In this document: positions 1 through 9,242 of the stretch, in pieces
Position numbering within the stretch: position 1 is the stretch's first letter
How the letters are laid out: each line of letters begins with the position of its first letter
Assembly: GCA_025964175.1 (NCBI GenBank)
Contig: JAOPZL010000214.1
Span: 1 to 46,988, forward strand
From: Solirubrobacterales bacterium
Lineage (GTDB): Bacteria; Actinomycetota; Thermoleophilia; Solirubrobacterales; Solirubrobacteraceae
Length of the DNA stretch: 46,988 nt
Direction: 5' to 3'
Position numbers and translations under genes: made by a program
Notes under the pieces: generated by a model
The model's input: only the letters and a program-made list of their open reading frames with translations
The model's database searches: none
Told to the model about the DNA's origin: nothing

Positions 1-1
1 C

Positions 2-70
2 GCCGAGCTGCTGGGCGAGGAGGAGGGCGAGCTGGCGGGGGCCGGCCTCGTCGGGCCCACCTCCGACTGA
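2..70 (+). CDS. 3' end of a gene truncated by the window edge (unknown product)
   Basis: Frame 2 reads AELLGEEEGELAGAGLVGPTSD* with high GC3 and a TGA at 68-70. Confidence 0.5.
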   Translation, partial: AELLGEEEGELAGAGLVGPTSD

Positions 71-113
71 CGTGGGGGCCGGGATGTGGCGATCTGCGCG
101 CCCACGACGGTGC

Positions 114-1358
114 TCAGATCGTCCAACCTCCCTGGGCGGCGGCGCGCAGCGACGACAGCTCCGCGCGCTGCGCCGCATTCGCGCTCACCGCGATCGCCTC
201 CGCGTAGGCCGTGTCCGCTTCGGGGAGGCGACACGCTCGGGCGAGCAGGCCCGCGCGCGCGGCCAGCAGTGCGACGCCCGCGCCGCCGCCGACCTTCTCC
301 AGCAGCGCCAACCCCGCCTCCGGGCCGCGGCAGAAGCCCACCGCGACCGCGTGGTTGACCCGCACCGCCGCGGTCGGATGCAGCCGCAGCAGCGCTCCGT
401 ACAGCGCCACGATCTGGGCCCAGTCCGTCGCCGCGAAGTCCGGCGCCGCCGCGTGGAGCGCGGCGATCGCCGCCTGCAGCTGGTAGGGCCCCGGCCGGCG
501 GCGGCGCATCGCGGCCTCCAGCAGCGCCCGGCCCTCCGCGATCGCCTCGCCGTCCCACCGCGAGCGATCCTGCTCCTGCAGCGTGAGCGCCCGACCGTCG
601 TCGTCCAGCCGGCCCGGCCGGCGCGCCTCGGTCAGCAGCAGGAGCGCGAGCAGCCCGAGCACCTCGGGGTCGTCGGGCATCAGCCGCGCGAGCAGCCGCG
701 CCAGGCGCAGCGCCTCGACGCACAGCTCGGGACGCTGGAGGGCGTCGCCGTCGGCGCTGGCGTGGCCCTCGGTGTAGATCAGGTAGACGACGCGCAGCAC
801 CCCGCCCAGCCGCTCGGGCAGCAGCGCGTCGGGCGGCACGCGGAACGGGATCCCGGCCACGGCGATCTTGCGTCGGGCCCGCACGAGCCGCCGCGCCATC
901 GCGGCCTCCGAGACGAAGAAGAGGCGCGCGACCTGCGCGACGCTCAGGCCGCCGAGGGACTTCACGGTCAGCGCGATCCGCACGTCCGGCGCCAGCGCCG
1001 GGTGGCAGCAGGTGAAGATCAGCGCGAGGCGGTCGTCGTCGATGCTGCACGGGTCGGGTTCCACCGCGTCGTCCTCCTGCGCGCCGAGCCGCTCCTGAAG
1101 CGCCGCCAGCTCGAGCATCCGCGCCGCGTGCACCTGCTCGCGGCGCACGCGGTCCAGCGCCCGGCGCTGCGCGGTCGTGGTCAGCCACGCCGCCGGGTTG
1201 GCGGGCACGCCGTCGCGCGGCCAGGTGGTCGCGGCGACGGCGTAGGCCTCCTGCAGCGCCTCCTCGGCCCGCTCGAGATCGCCACGGAAGCGCCGCGCGA
1301 GTCCGGCGAGGATCGCGCCGCCCTCCTGGCGGGCGACGCGCTCGAGCGCGTCGTCCAT
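114..1358 (-). CDS. ECF RNA polymerase sigma factor with C-terminal TPR-like extension (ECF42-like)
   Basis: Region 2 motif AEEALQEAY...WPRDGVPANPAAWL. Family motif DDDRLALIFTCCHPAL, region 4 HTH, and YQLQAAIAALH extension. The ATG at 1358 overlaps the stop of the upstream DGPF gene; 414 aa. Confidence 0.9.
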   Translation of the reverse strand: MDDALERVARQEGGAILAGLARRFRGDLERAEEALQEAYAVAATTWPRDGVPANPAAWLTTTAQRRALDRVRREQVHAARMLELAALQERLGAQEDDAVEPDPCSIDDDRLALIFTCCHPALAPDVRIALTVKSLGGLSVAQVARLFFVSEAAMARRLVRARRKIAVAGIPFRVPPDALLPERLGGVLRVVYLIYTEGHASADGDALQRPELCVEALRLARLLARLMPDDPEVLGLLALLLLTEARRPGRLDDDGRALTLQEQDRSRWDGEAIAEGRALLEAAMRRRRPGPYQLQAAIAALHAAAPDFAATDWAQIVALYGALLRLHPTAAVRVNHAVAVGFCRGPEAGLALLEKVGGGAGVALLAARAGLLARACRLPEADTAYAEAIAVSANAAQRAELSSLRAAAQGGWTI

Positions 1359-1702
1359 CAGTGGGTGGGCATCACCGGGCGGACCTCGATCGACGCATAG
1401 CCGATGTTCGGCATCCGCGCCGCCCACGAGAGCGCCGCGTCGAGGTCGTCGACGTCGATCAGGTAGAAGCCGCCGAGGATCTCCTTCGTCTCGGCGAACG
1501 GGCCGTCGGTGCTGACGAGCTCGCCGTCGCGCTCGCGCAGCGTCGTGGCCGTGTCGGTCGGCTCCAGCGCCTCCCCGCCGCGCAGGACGCCCGCCTCGCC
1601 CATCTCCTGGGTCAGCGACATCCACGCCGTGCGCGCCGCGTCCTGGTCGAAGTCGGCGGGAATCGCGGCGGGATCGCCGTAGATGAGGATCGTGTACAGC
1701 AT
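1358..1702 (-). CDS. YCII-related / DGPF domain protein
   Basis: MLYTILIYGD...TDGPFAETKEILGGFYLIDV...IEVRPV, 114 aa. Translationally coupled to the ECF sigma gene, the usual ECF42 pairing. Confidence 0.92.
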   Translation of the reverse strand: MLYTILIYGDPAAIPADFDQDAARTAWMSLTQEMGEAGVLRGGEALEPTDTATTLRERDGELVSTDGPFAETKEILGGFYLIDVDDLDAALSWAARMPNIGYASIEVRPVMPTH

Positions 1703-1741
1703 GGGCGGGCCCTTTCGGCTCGAGGTGGGTGACACCCAGAC

Positions 1742-1768
1742 GACGAAGAGCCTGCGCCCCCGAGGACA
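1742..1768 (-). promoter_or_regulatory. Candidate ECF42-type promoter (TGTCCT-N17-CGTC) upstream of the DGPF-sigma operon
   Basis: Minus strand has TGTCCT (1768-1763), 17 nt, then CGTC (1745-1742). This resembles the TGTC.../CGTC ECF42 consensus as I recall it. Confidence 0.45.
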
Positions 1769-1820
1769 GACCGTCAACTGCTGGCGCGCAGCCGCTCTCG
1801 CGCCGCCGCCTCGATGCGCG

Positions 1821-2081
1821 CTACTCCAGCGCGCCCGCGGGCAGCAGGTACCGCGTCGGGGGCGGCGAGGGACGCGTCGCCGCGCGATCCACGAAGAGCC
1901 CGCGGCCGATCGGCGCAGGCGTCGCCTCAGCCTCACCGCCGTGCTGCAGGATCCACGCTTCGATGGAGCGGAAGTCCGAACCCTCCGCGAGCATCGCCGC
2001 GCGCTCGATGACGTGGCCGCCCCCGCGGGAGGGGCGTGACAGGCGAGTGACGAGCTCACGCACTTCGGTGTCGTCGGTCAT
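1821..2081 (-). CDS. Small hypothetical protein (86 aa)
   Basis: ATG start with a purine-rich RBS (GAAGAGGAAG), coding-like codon usage and a plausible globular sequence. Confidence 0.65.
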   Translation of the reverse strand: MTDDTEVRELVTRLSRPSRGGGHVIERAAMLAEGSDFRSIEAWILQHGGEAEATPAPIGRGLFVDRAATRPSPPPTRYLLPAGALE

Positions 2082-2134
2082 CGCTGCTTCTTCCTCTTCG
2101 GGAATGAGCTACCAAGCCTAGAGTTCCGCGCACG

Positions 2135-2628
2135 ATGAAACCGGATCCCATCGCCCGCGACCGCCGCACGACGCTGCGCGACTGCGAGCTCGAGGTCTTC
2201 CGCGAAGCACCATCCGCGCTCGCGCGAGCTGCCGCCTACAGCCCGATCGGGCCGCTGCCGATGGGAGGGTGTCCCCGGAGCGCCGCGCGCAGAGGAGTGC
2301 CGCCATCAACGCCCATCCGCTGTCTCACTTCCTGCGCGCCGCCGCGCCGGGAGCCCCCAATGCCGCAACGCTGCTCGCGCTCGCCGACGCGGTCGACGCC
2401 GCCGACACCGTCGACGCGGCGCCCGGCGCGGCGGGCGAGGCGCTGCGCTGGTTCGACGCGACCGTCCGACTCGTCGGCGGCCGCTACGAGCCGTGCGCCC
2501 CGGTGCGCCGCCGGCTGCGCAACCTGACGGCGGCCGACGACGCGGCCCAGACCATCGCCCGCCTGGCCGCGGAGGAGCTGGCGACCCGCGCGGTCATCCG
2601 CGAGAGCCGCGGCGCGAACCGCCGCTGA
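2135..2628 (+). pseudogene. Hypothetical protein apparently split by a 1-nt frameshift near 2267-2270
   Basis: The frame starting at ATG 2135 has high GC3 up to about 2263. Coding-like bias then moves to the -1 frame (2269-2628). Adding one G in ATGGGAGGGTG joins the two. Confidence 0.35.
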
Positions 2629-2634
2629 CGGCCC

Positions 2635-3111
2635 TCACACCGGCGCCGCAGCGGCCTCCTCGATCGCCGCGACGTCGATCCTGCGCATCTTCAGCATCGC
2701 CTGCATGGTGCGCTGCGCGACGTCGGGATCGGGGTCGCCGAGCAGGTCGCGCAGGCGCCGGGGGGTGATCTGCCAGGAGAGGCCGAAGCGGTCGGTCATC
2801 CAGCCGCACGGCCCCTCGGTGCCGCCGTCACCGAGCTTGGTCCAGTAGTGGTCGGCCTCCTCCTGGTCCGCGCAGTCGATGCTGAAGGAGATCGCCTCGT
2901 CGAAGGTGAACTGGGGGCCGCCGTTGAGCGCGACGAACGGCTGGCCGTCCAGCTCGAACGCGACGGTCATGACCGCGCCCGCCGGTCCGGGCGCGTTCTC
3001 GGGGTAGCGCTGCACCTCCGTGATGCGCGAGTTCGGGAAGATCGACGTGTAGAACGCCGCGGCCTCCTCGCCCTTCATGTCGAGCCACAGGCACGGGGTG
3101 ATCGTGGGCAT
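2635..3111 (-). CDS. VOC family protein (PhnB / 3-demethylubiquinone methyltransferase-like)
   Basis: ITPCLW...AAAFYTSIFPNS...ALNGGPQFTFDEAISF...CGWMTDRFGLSWQI; 158 aa. Confidence 0.92.
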   Translation of the reverse strand: MPTITPCLWLDMKGEEAAAFYTSIFPNSRITEVQRYPENAPGPAGAVMTVAFELDGQPFVALNGGPQFTFDEAISFSIDCADQEEADHYWTKLGDGGTEGPCGWMTDRFGLSWQITPRRLRDLLGDPDPDVAQRTMQAMLKMRRIDVAAIEEAAAAPV

Positions 3112-3158
3112 CTCATCGTCCCCTCTGGCCGCGGACGGCCGGTGGTTGGTGTTGGAGA

Positions 3159-3189
3159 TGAAGACCGCCGCGCCCGCCGCGAATCATCG
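3159..3189 (-). promoter_or_regulatory. Candidate SigG/ECF56-type promoter (CGATGA-N18-GTCTTCA)
   Basis: Minus strand has CGATGA (3189-3184), exactly 18 nt, then GTCTTCA (3165-3159), upstream of the VOC gene. Confidence 0.5.
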
Positions 3190-3190
3190 G

Positions 3191-6100
3191 TCAGCGGTGA
3201 ACCGCCCGCTTGGCCTGCCGCGCGCGCGCCTGATGGCGCGCGAGCCGCAGCCGGACGGGCGCCGACGTCTTGGCCTGGGTCTGCAGCGCGCGCACGACGA
3301 AGCGCGCACCCAGCCGACCGACCCGCGGCACCTTGAGCGTCGTCCTGGTGACCGGGAAGTAGCGCGAGCGGCCGTCGCTCGTGCGGGCCACGACGGTGTA
3401 GTGGCTGATCCCGCGCACCGCCTTCCACGACAGCACGACGTTCCCGTGCGCCGCCCGGCGCGCCCGCAGGCGCGTCGGCGCCGCGGGCCGGCTCAGCGGC
3501 GGCGCCACGAACGCCGTCAGCGGGATGTGCGCGCGATCGATCCCGTTCTGGGTGACGATCGCGATCAGCTGGCGGCTGGTGTCGTTGCCGTCCTGAGGCG
3601 TGAACGTGATCGAGCCGTGGGCGCCGCCGGCGACCCCGACCGTGCGGTGGGTGTCGTCGCCCTGCTCGACGAACGACACCGCCTGGCCGGCGATCTGCTT
3701 GACGTCGTAGGCGATCGTCCGCGTGGCGCCGGTCCCGCTGACCGAGGCCTTGACCTCGGGCTGGGGCAGGACGTCCGCGCCCGCCACGGCGGCGATGGCC
3801 ACCGAGCCCGGCTGCGGCTCGATCTGCCAGCGGCCGGCCCTGGGTGCGCGCACGCCGATGTAGGTCTCGTTGGCGAGCGGGTTGCGGGCCGCGAAGAAGT
3901 CGTCGGTCTGCACGACGTCCGTCGCCGACATCACGAAGCGCTGCCCGCTCGGCGAGACGAGCGTCACGACCGGCTGGCCGCCGTCGCCGTCGAGCTTGAG
4001 GACGAGCGCCTTCTGGTCGGGCGCCACGTCGACCGCGGTCGCCGCCGGAGCGCTCGTGCTCGCGGCGTCACCCGCGGCGCGCGCCCGCGCCAGGCGCGAC
4101 GACGCCGTCAGCCCGGCGCCGTTGTCGTCCAGCGGCGCGTAGGTGCGCACCGGCCGGTAGGGCGCGAGATCGCACGAGTTGCCGAACAGGTCCGTCTTGT
4201 CGGTGGCGTAGTCGTAGCCGAAGCCGCCGCGGATGCCGACGATCTCGCCGCAGCCCGCGATGCCCTTGCTCGACAGCAGGCCCTCGGCCCTGGCCAGCGT
4301 GATGCCGATGACCTTCGCCGTGATCGACGCCTCCATGTTGAAGGCGTTGGGCTCGACCCATGCGTTGGCCTCCCCCCGGACGGAGACGACCTGGAACAGC
4401 GGGTTGTAGACGTCGGCGCCGGTCGGGCTGATGCGGCTGACCTTCACCTTCGTCGCGTCCTGGCGCTTGCCCTTGAGGGCCGACGGGAACGGCAGGCCGA
4501 AGCCGATGAAGCCGTGCATCGACAGGGTGCCGTTGGTGTACGCGCTGAGCGTGCCGCCCATCACGTCGTAGCCGGCGATGCTGATGCGCCCGTCGAGGTC
4601 GATGCCGAACGGGTCGCCGAAGGTGACGAGGAAGTCGCCGTCGGCGGTGGCGATGTCGACGCCGGCGACGCGCGGTCCCGCGCTGATGCCGATGCCGCCG
4701 CCCAGCCGCACGCGCGGATGGCCGTCGGAGAAGCCCTTCACCTCGATCGTGAACGCGATCCGCTGCAGGTACGTCGTGCCCTCGTCGAGCGGGATGTTGA
4801 GCCCGTCGACCTCGCCGTGGGCGCGCTCGAACCCGGTGATCTCGGAGAACGCGAAGTCCCCGGTGAGCTTGGTGAACTGGGGCGTCGGCAGCGTGATGTT
4901 GCCGCCGCCGGTCCAGCGCCGGGTCTTGCCGTCGTAGACCACGAAGAACTGGCCGATGTTGAGCTTGCCCAGCGGGATCATCGGGCTGCGGACCTCGAGC
5001 CCGTTGAGCACGAGGCCGCCCTTGTCGGTGGTCAGCACGTCGGCGTTGGCGGTGATGCCGAGGCCGATCGAGCCGAGCACGTCGACGTTGACGTGGGTCC
5101 GCGTCCCCTCGGGGGTGAGGTAGACGTCGACGTTGCCCTGGATCGGGAAGCCCTTGAGGTTGGCGAGGGCCGGCGACGCGAAGCGCCCGACGAGGCAGTC
5201 CTGCTTGCTGCGATCGCAGTTGGCGTCCATCTGGAAGCGCCCCTCGAACAGCAGGACGGTTCCGGCCTTGACCTGGACGGTGCCGGGCCCGGTGGTGAAG
5301 ACCAGGCCGCCGACGGCCTGCACGTTCAGCTGCGCGCCGCCCTTGGGGATCAGGTCGAGGCCGTTGAGCTTGATCGGGTCCTTGGTGACCTTGATGGCCT
5401 TGTCCTTCGGGTCGGGCGTGAAGCAGCCGACGGCGCGGACGGCGTCGTTGCCGGCCTTGCCCGAGCAGCCGGCCTCCGCGCTGTCGCGGACCTCGAACGT
5501 GCTGTCGCCGAACGCGACGAGCCCGTCGGCGTCGACGATCCGCACGCCGATCTTCTTCTCCCCGGCGTCCGGGTAGGTCTTCTCGATCTGCTCGCCGACG
5601 GCGTCGTCGTAGCCGCCGTCGCCGTCGAGATCCCACTCCACGCGCGGGCGCGTGAGGTTGTCGTCGCTGAGCAGCGCCTGCAGGATGATCGGCTTGCCCT
5701 TGACCAGCGGGTCCTTGTTGAAGGCGTTGTCGGGCGTCTGCTTGGCCCGGTTGCGGAACTCACGGAAGACCGGCGGCTGGTTGGGGACGGTGATCGTGAT
5801 GCGTCCGCGCGCGACCTTGCCGGAGGCGTCCGTCACGCGCGCCTTGATGACGTACGTCCCGGGGGCGCCGAAGCCCAGCGTCCAGGTGCGGCCGCTGGTG
5901 ACGCCGTAGGGGTCGTCGTCGTCACCGCCACGGTCGGAGTCGAAGCCCCACTGGATGTCGGAGTCGTTGATCGTCGACCCGCCCTCGTAGGCGGCAGTGA
6001 CGGTGAACTTCTCGCTCTTGAGCGGGTTCGCGCTGGAGCTCGTCAGCGTCAGTGCGGCCGGACGGTCGACCACGTCGATCGTGCGACGGGCGAAGGAGGC

Positions 6101-7132
6101 GTTGCCGGCGGTGTCGATGACGCGCACGCCGACGGTGTGGCTGCCCTCGGTGGCGAAGCGGGTGGTCGTCGACGACTGCTCGGGTGCGTCGTCGTAGGTG
6201 CCGTCGCCGTCGAGGTCCCACGCGTAGTGCAGGATCGCGCCGCCCGGGTCGCTGGCGTTCGCGGTCAGCTGGATCGGCTGGTCCGGGCGCGGGGCGTCGG
6301 GCGTCTGCCCGATCGAGACGATCGGCGGCGGGTCGTAGGGACGGGGCGGCGTCGGGGCGTCGCCGCGCAAGGTGAGGAGGACGCCGCGATCCATCGGGTA
6401 GCGCTCGCCGAAGCTGCCGTCATTGCCGGGGGAGCAGAACCAGCTGTCGCTCATCCCCGGGTCCCGCGGGTCCACCGGGTCGCCGTTGAAGTCGGTGACG
6501 ATGTTCGTCCCCTCGGGCACGAGGTCGATCAGGTGCTCGGCGCCGCCCGCGGTCTCCGTGCGTGCGACCGCGCCCCAGACGAGCGAGGCGGGGTTGCCGA
6601 TGTCGGCCAGCGGGACCGGGATGGTGAAGACGGTGCGCTGGTCGGAGAGCCGCCGGTGCGCCGGGACGCTGAGGGCCGAGAACGGGCTCACCATGAGGAT
6701 GTTGTCGTCGTTGGACTGGCAGGTCGTGGTGCTCTTGCTCGCCGTGCGGATGAAGTAGCGCGCCACGCCGCCGGTGTCCGCGAAGTCCGGGTGGTGGCTG
6801 CCGTACTGGGCGTCGTTGGTCACGTACACCGTGTAGTTGGCCCGGCCGTCGCGGTCGGTGTCGAGGAAGAACGAGACGCCGAGGCCGGCGTTGGGGAGGA
6901 AGCCGAGCTCGACGGTCAGCAGCAGGTCTCCCGGGCTCGAGGTGCTGTCCCAGGTGACCGCGCGCACGTCGGTCGACGAGTCGTAGGTGTTCACCTGGTA
7001 CGGGTCGTCGGGGTCGGTGGTCGTCTGCGTGACGGCGGACGCCGGGACGGCGAAGAGGAGGACGGCGAGGGTGGCGAGGACAGCGGCGAGGACACCCTCG
7101 AGCGCGCGCCGTGAGGGCGAAACGGAGACCAT
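3191..7132 (-). CDS. Large secreted PKD-repeat protein (1313 aa)
   Basis: N-terminal signal peptide (hydrophobic stretch, then PASA). Three PKD-like repeats (YAWDLDGDGTYDD; IQWGFDSD; VEWDLDGDGGYDD, each followed by a G-x-x-x-V/I strand). Long beta-rich core, FN3-like C-terminal segment and basic tail. Confidence 0.85.
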   Translation of the reverse strand: MVSVSPSRRALEGVLAAVLATLAVLLFAVPASAVTQTTTDPDDPYQVNTYDSSTDVRAVTWDSTSSPGDLLLTVELGFLPNAGLGVSFFLDTDRDGRANYTVYVTNDAQYGSHHPDFADTGGVARYFIRTASKSTTTCQSNDDNILMVSPFSALSVPAHRRLSDQRTVFTIPVPLADIGNPASLVWGAVARTETAGGAEHLIDLVPEGTNIVTDFNGDPVDPRDPGMSDSWFCSPGNDGSFGERYPMDRGVLLTLRGDAPTPPRPYDPPPIVSIGQTPDAPRPDQPIQLTANASDPGGAILHYAWDLDGDGTYDDAPEQSSTTTRFATEGSHTVGVRVIDTAGNASFARRTIDVVDRPAALTLTSSSANPLKSEKFTVTAAYEGGSTINDSDIQWGFDSDRGGDDDDPYGVTSGRTWTLGFGAPGTYVIKARVTDASGKVARGRITITVPNQPPVFREFRNRAKQTPDNAFNKDPLVKGKPIILQALLSDDNLTRPRVEWDLDGDGGYDDAVGEQIEKTYPDAGEKKIGVRIVDADGLVAFGDSTFEVRDSAEAGCSGKAGNDAVRAVGCFTPDPKDKAIKVTKDPIKLNGLDLIPKGGAQLNVQAVGGLVFTTGPGTVQVKAGTVLLFEGRFQMDANCDRSKQDCLVGRFASPALANLKGFPIQGNVDVYLTPEGTRTHVNVDVLGSIGLGITANADVLTTDKGGLVLNGLEVRSPMIPLGKLNIGQFFVVYDGKTRRWTGGGNITLPTPQFTKLTGDFAFSEITGFERAHGEVDGLNIPLDEGTTYLQRIAFTIEVKGFSDGHPRVRLGGGIGISAGPRVAGVDIATADGDFLVTFGDPFGIDLDGRISIAGYDVMGGTLSAYTNGTLSMHGFIGFGLPFPSALKGKRQDATKVKVSRISPTGADVYNPLFQVVSVRGEANAWVEPNAFNMEASITAKVIGITLARAEGLLSSKGIAGCGEIVGIRGGFGYDYATDKTDLFGNSCDLAPYRPVRTYAPLDDNGAGLTASSRLARARAAGDAASTSAPAATAVDVAPDQKALVLKLDGDGGQPVVTLVSPSGQRFVMSATDVVQTDDFFAARNPLANETYIGVRAPRAGRWQIEPQPGSVAIAAVAGADVLPQPEVKASVSGTGATRTIAYDVKQIAGQAVSFVEQGDDTHRTVGVAGGAHGSITFTPQDGNDTSRQLIAIVTQNGIDRAHIPLTAFVAPPLSRPAAPTRLRARRAAHGNVVLSWKAVRGISHYTVVARTSDGRSRYFPVTRTTLKVPRVGRLGARFVVRALQTQAKTSAPVRLRLARHQARARQAKRAVHR

Positions 7133-7215
7133 GAGGCGGCGCAGTATGGAGGCGCCGACGCTCCGGATTCAAAAGTGCAGGGTGCTGTCTCGATTTTTGT
7201 AGGGAGGCCCGCCTC

Positions 7216-8754
7216 CTAGGCCGACGGCACCGCGACCGCAGCCGGCGGCGCGTCCGTCCCGCCGAGGTCGAGCGGGACCAGGGTCGCGCGCACCTTCGCG
7301 CCCGAGAGGTAGCCGAGCACGGAGACGAGGACGATCACGGCCACCGTGCCGAGCGTGAAGAGCTCGAACGTGCCCTGGCTGACGCCCCAGTTGTCGGCGA
7401 ACGAGTACTCCAGGCCCAGCAGCTTGTCGATCGTCCCGGGCAGCACCGCCGTCCACGACCCGAGCAGCACCCAGAAGGTGATCAGCGCGGTCGCCGCCAG
7501 CAGCCCGGCCCTTCCGCCGGGCAGCCGGAACGGCCGCGGGACGTGCGGGTAACGCCGGCGCAGGAGGTAGACGCTGGGGAAGATCACGATGTAGGAGATC
7601 AGCGTCGTCGAGATGGCGATGTTCAGCACGACACCGAACGCGTTGGCGGACCCGCTGTTGAGGAGCAGGACCGCCGCGACCATGAACACCGTCGCGATCA
7701 CGCCGGAGAGCAGGTTGGCCCGCAGCGGCGTGCCGAGCTTGGGGTGGAAGGCGCCGAAGTACGGGAAGAACCCGCCGTCGCCGGAGGCCACGGCCAGGAC
7801 CCGGTCGCCGCACATCATCCACGCCGAGCCCGAGTTCATCAGCGTGAAGATGAAGAGGATGCAGGTGACGCCGTACATGAAGGGCGAGGCGCCGCCGTAG
7901 ATCGAGTAGCTCTCCTTCACGGCATCGAGGAAGCCGCCGAGACCGGTGATCGCGTCGCTCGGCAGCACGAGCAGCACGAGGAAGATCGGCGTGAGGTAGC
8001 AGAAGGCCGCCAGCGCACCGGAGCGCAGGATCGACTGCGGCACGTCCTTGCGCGGGTTCTTCATCTCCTCCGCGGCCCCGTTCTGGCCCTCGAAGCCGAC
8101 GAACGAGAAGAGGATCAGCGGGGCGATGGCGAGCAGGCCGGCGCTCGTCGGCTTCAGGCCGGCGGTGTCGATGCCCTGGAAGCCGTTCTTGATCCCGTAG
8201 ACGATCACCGTGATCGCGAAGAAGACGACGAGCGCGACCTTGAGGATCGCGCCGAGCGTCGGGATCCACTTGCCGATCTTGAAGCTGATGATCGCGCTGG
8301 AGATCGTCAGCCAGATGAAGGCGAACTTGAAGAGGTAGTCCCAGAACCCGCCCGAGCCGATGTGGGAGATCCCCGACGACCACGCCTCGGTGCCGATGAA
8401 CGCGAGCGACCCGCCGACCCACAGCGGGTTGGTCACCCAGTAGAAGATCGTGTTGAGCCCCGCGGTGAAGCGCCCCATCGCGAGCTTGACCCACTCGTAC
8501 GGCCCGCCCTCGGCCGTGAAGGCGCTGCCGACCTCGGCCATCACGAGGCCGTAGGGGACGAGGAACAGCAGCACGAGCACCACGGTCCAGGTGAAGGCCT
8601 GGTAGCCGTTGGACGCAGCCTGCCCGATCAGGTCCAGGCCGACGATCACGGCGACCGTGAAGAAGATCATGTCGAAGCGCCCCAGCGTCTTGACCAGATG
8701 CTGCTTCTGCTCGGCGATGAACGCCGATTCGGTGGGGGCCTCGGGCGGGGTCAC
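7216..8754 (-). CDS. APC family amino acid/polyamine permease
   Basis: About 12 hydrophobic segments; motifs AEVGSAF..EGGPYEW, FSFVGFE, AEEMKNPRKDVP and PRPFRLPGG. Confidence 0.92.
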   Translation of the reverse strand: MTPPEAPTESAFIAEQKQHLVKTLGRFDMIFFTVAVIVGLDLIGQAASNGYQAFTWTVVLVLLFLVPYGLVMAEVGSAFTAEGGPYEWVKLAMGRFTAGLNTIFYWVTNPLWVGGSLAFIGTEAWSSGISHIGSGGFWDYLFKFAFIWLTISSAIISFKIGKWIPTLGAILKVALVVFFAITVIVYGIKNGFQGIDTAGLKPTSAGLLAIAPLILFSFVGFEGQNGAAEEMKNPRKDVPQSILRSGALAAFCYLTPIFLVLLVLPSDAITGLGGFLDAVKESYSIYGGASPFMYGVTCILFIFTLMNSGSAWMMCGDRVLAVASGDGGFFPYFGAFHPKLGTPLRANLLSGVIATVFMVAAVLLLNSGSANAFGVVLNIAISTTLISYIVIFPSVYLLRRRYPHVPRPFRLPGGRAGLLAATALITFWVLLGSWTAVLPGTIDKLLGLEYSFADNWGVSQGTFELFTLGTVAVIVLVSVLGYLSGAKVRATLVPLDLGGTDAPPAAVAVPSA

Positions 8755-8837
8755 CGGAGCAGCCTACGCCAGCCGATCACCACCTCGCATGGCCTGCGTG
8801 TCAGAGCGTCATCGACCGTCGGCGGGCGGCGCGGCCC

Positions 8838-9242
8838 CTAGCGACGGCGCGCGAGGTCGCGGCGCTGGACGTCCGTCAGGTAGTGCGCGAGGGCGGCCTC
8901 GGTCCCGGGTGGGTGCGCGTCGAAACGTACGGCCCGCGCGTCCTCTTCCTCGTGGCAGACGACGCTCGCGGCCAGCACCACGGGTCCGGTGGGCAGGCTG
9001 ATCGTGAGCCGGACGCGCTCCGCCTGCTCGAGGGCGTCCGCGCGGCGGTCCAGGAGCGCTCCGACCACCGACAGGTTGGCCGTCGCGCACTCCAGGACGC
9101 CGCGCCCGTACTCGCGCTCGACGCTCACCGGGCAGCGGACCGCGACCCGGAACGCGCTGCGGCTCGGGTTGGCGGCGGGCGGCGGCAGCGCGGCGGGCTC
9201 CACGAGCCTGAGCCGGGGGAGATCGATGCCCTCGTTCGCCAT
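8838..9242 (-). CDS. Stand-alone PilZ domain protein
   Basis: RxxxR (RSAFR) and [D/N]xSxxG (NLSVVG) c-di-GMP-binding motifs, followed by a beta-barrel-like sequence. Confidence 0.75.
   Translation of the reverse strand: MANEGIDLPRLRLVEPAALPPPAANPSRSAFRVAVRCPVSVEREYGRGVLECATANLSVVGALLDRRADALEQAERVRLTISLPTGPVVLAASVVCHEEEDARAVRFDAHPPGTEAALAHYLTDVQRRDLARRR

Noticed and set aside
3077-7114. 1345-aa plus-strand ORF
   Set aside because: It is the antisense shadow of the PKD protein. It has no motifs, and stop codons are scarce in high-GC DNA.
7195-7220. GGAGGC-CC-GCCTCC hairpin at the end of the APC gene as an intrinsic terminator
   Set aside because: The stem is short, overlaps the stop codon, and is followed by an A-run rather than a U-run on the coding strand.
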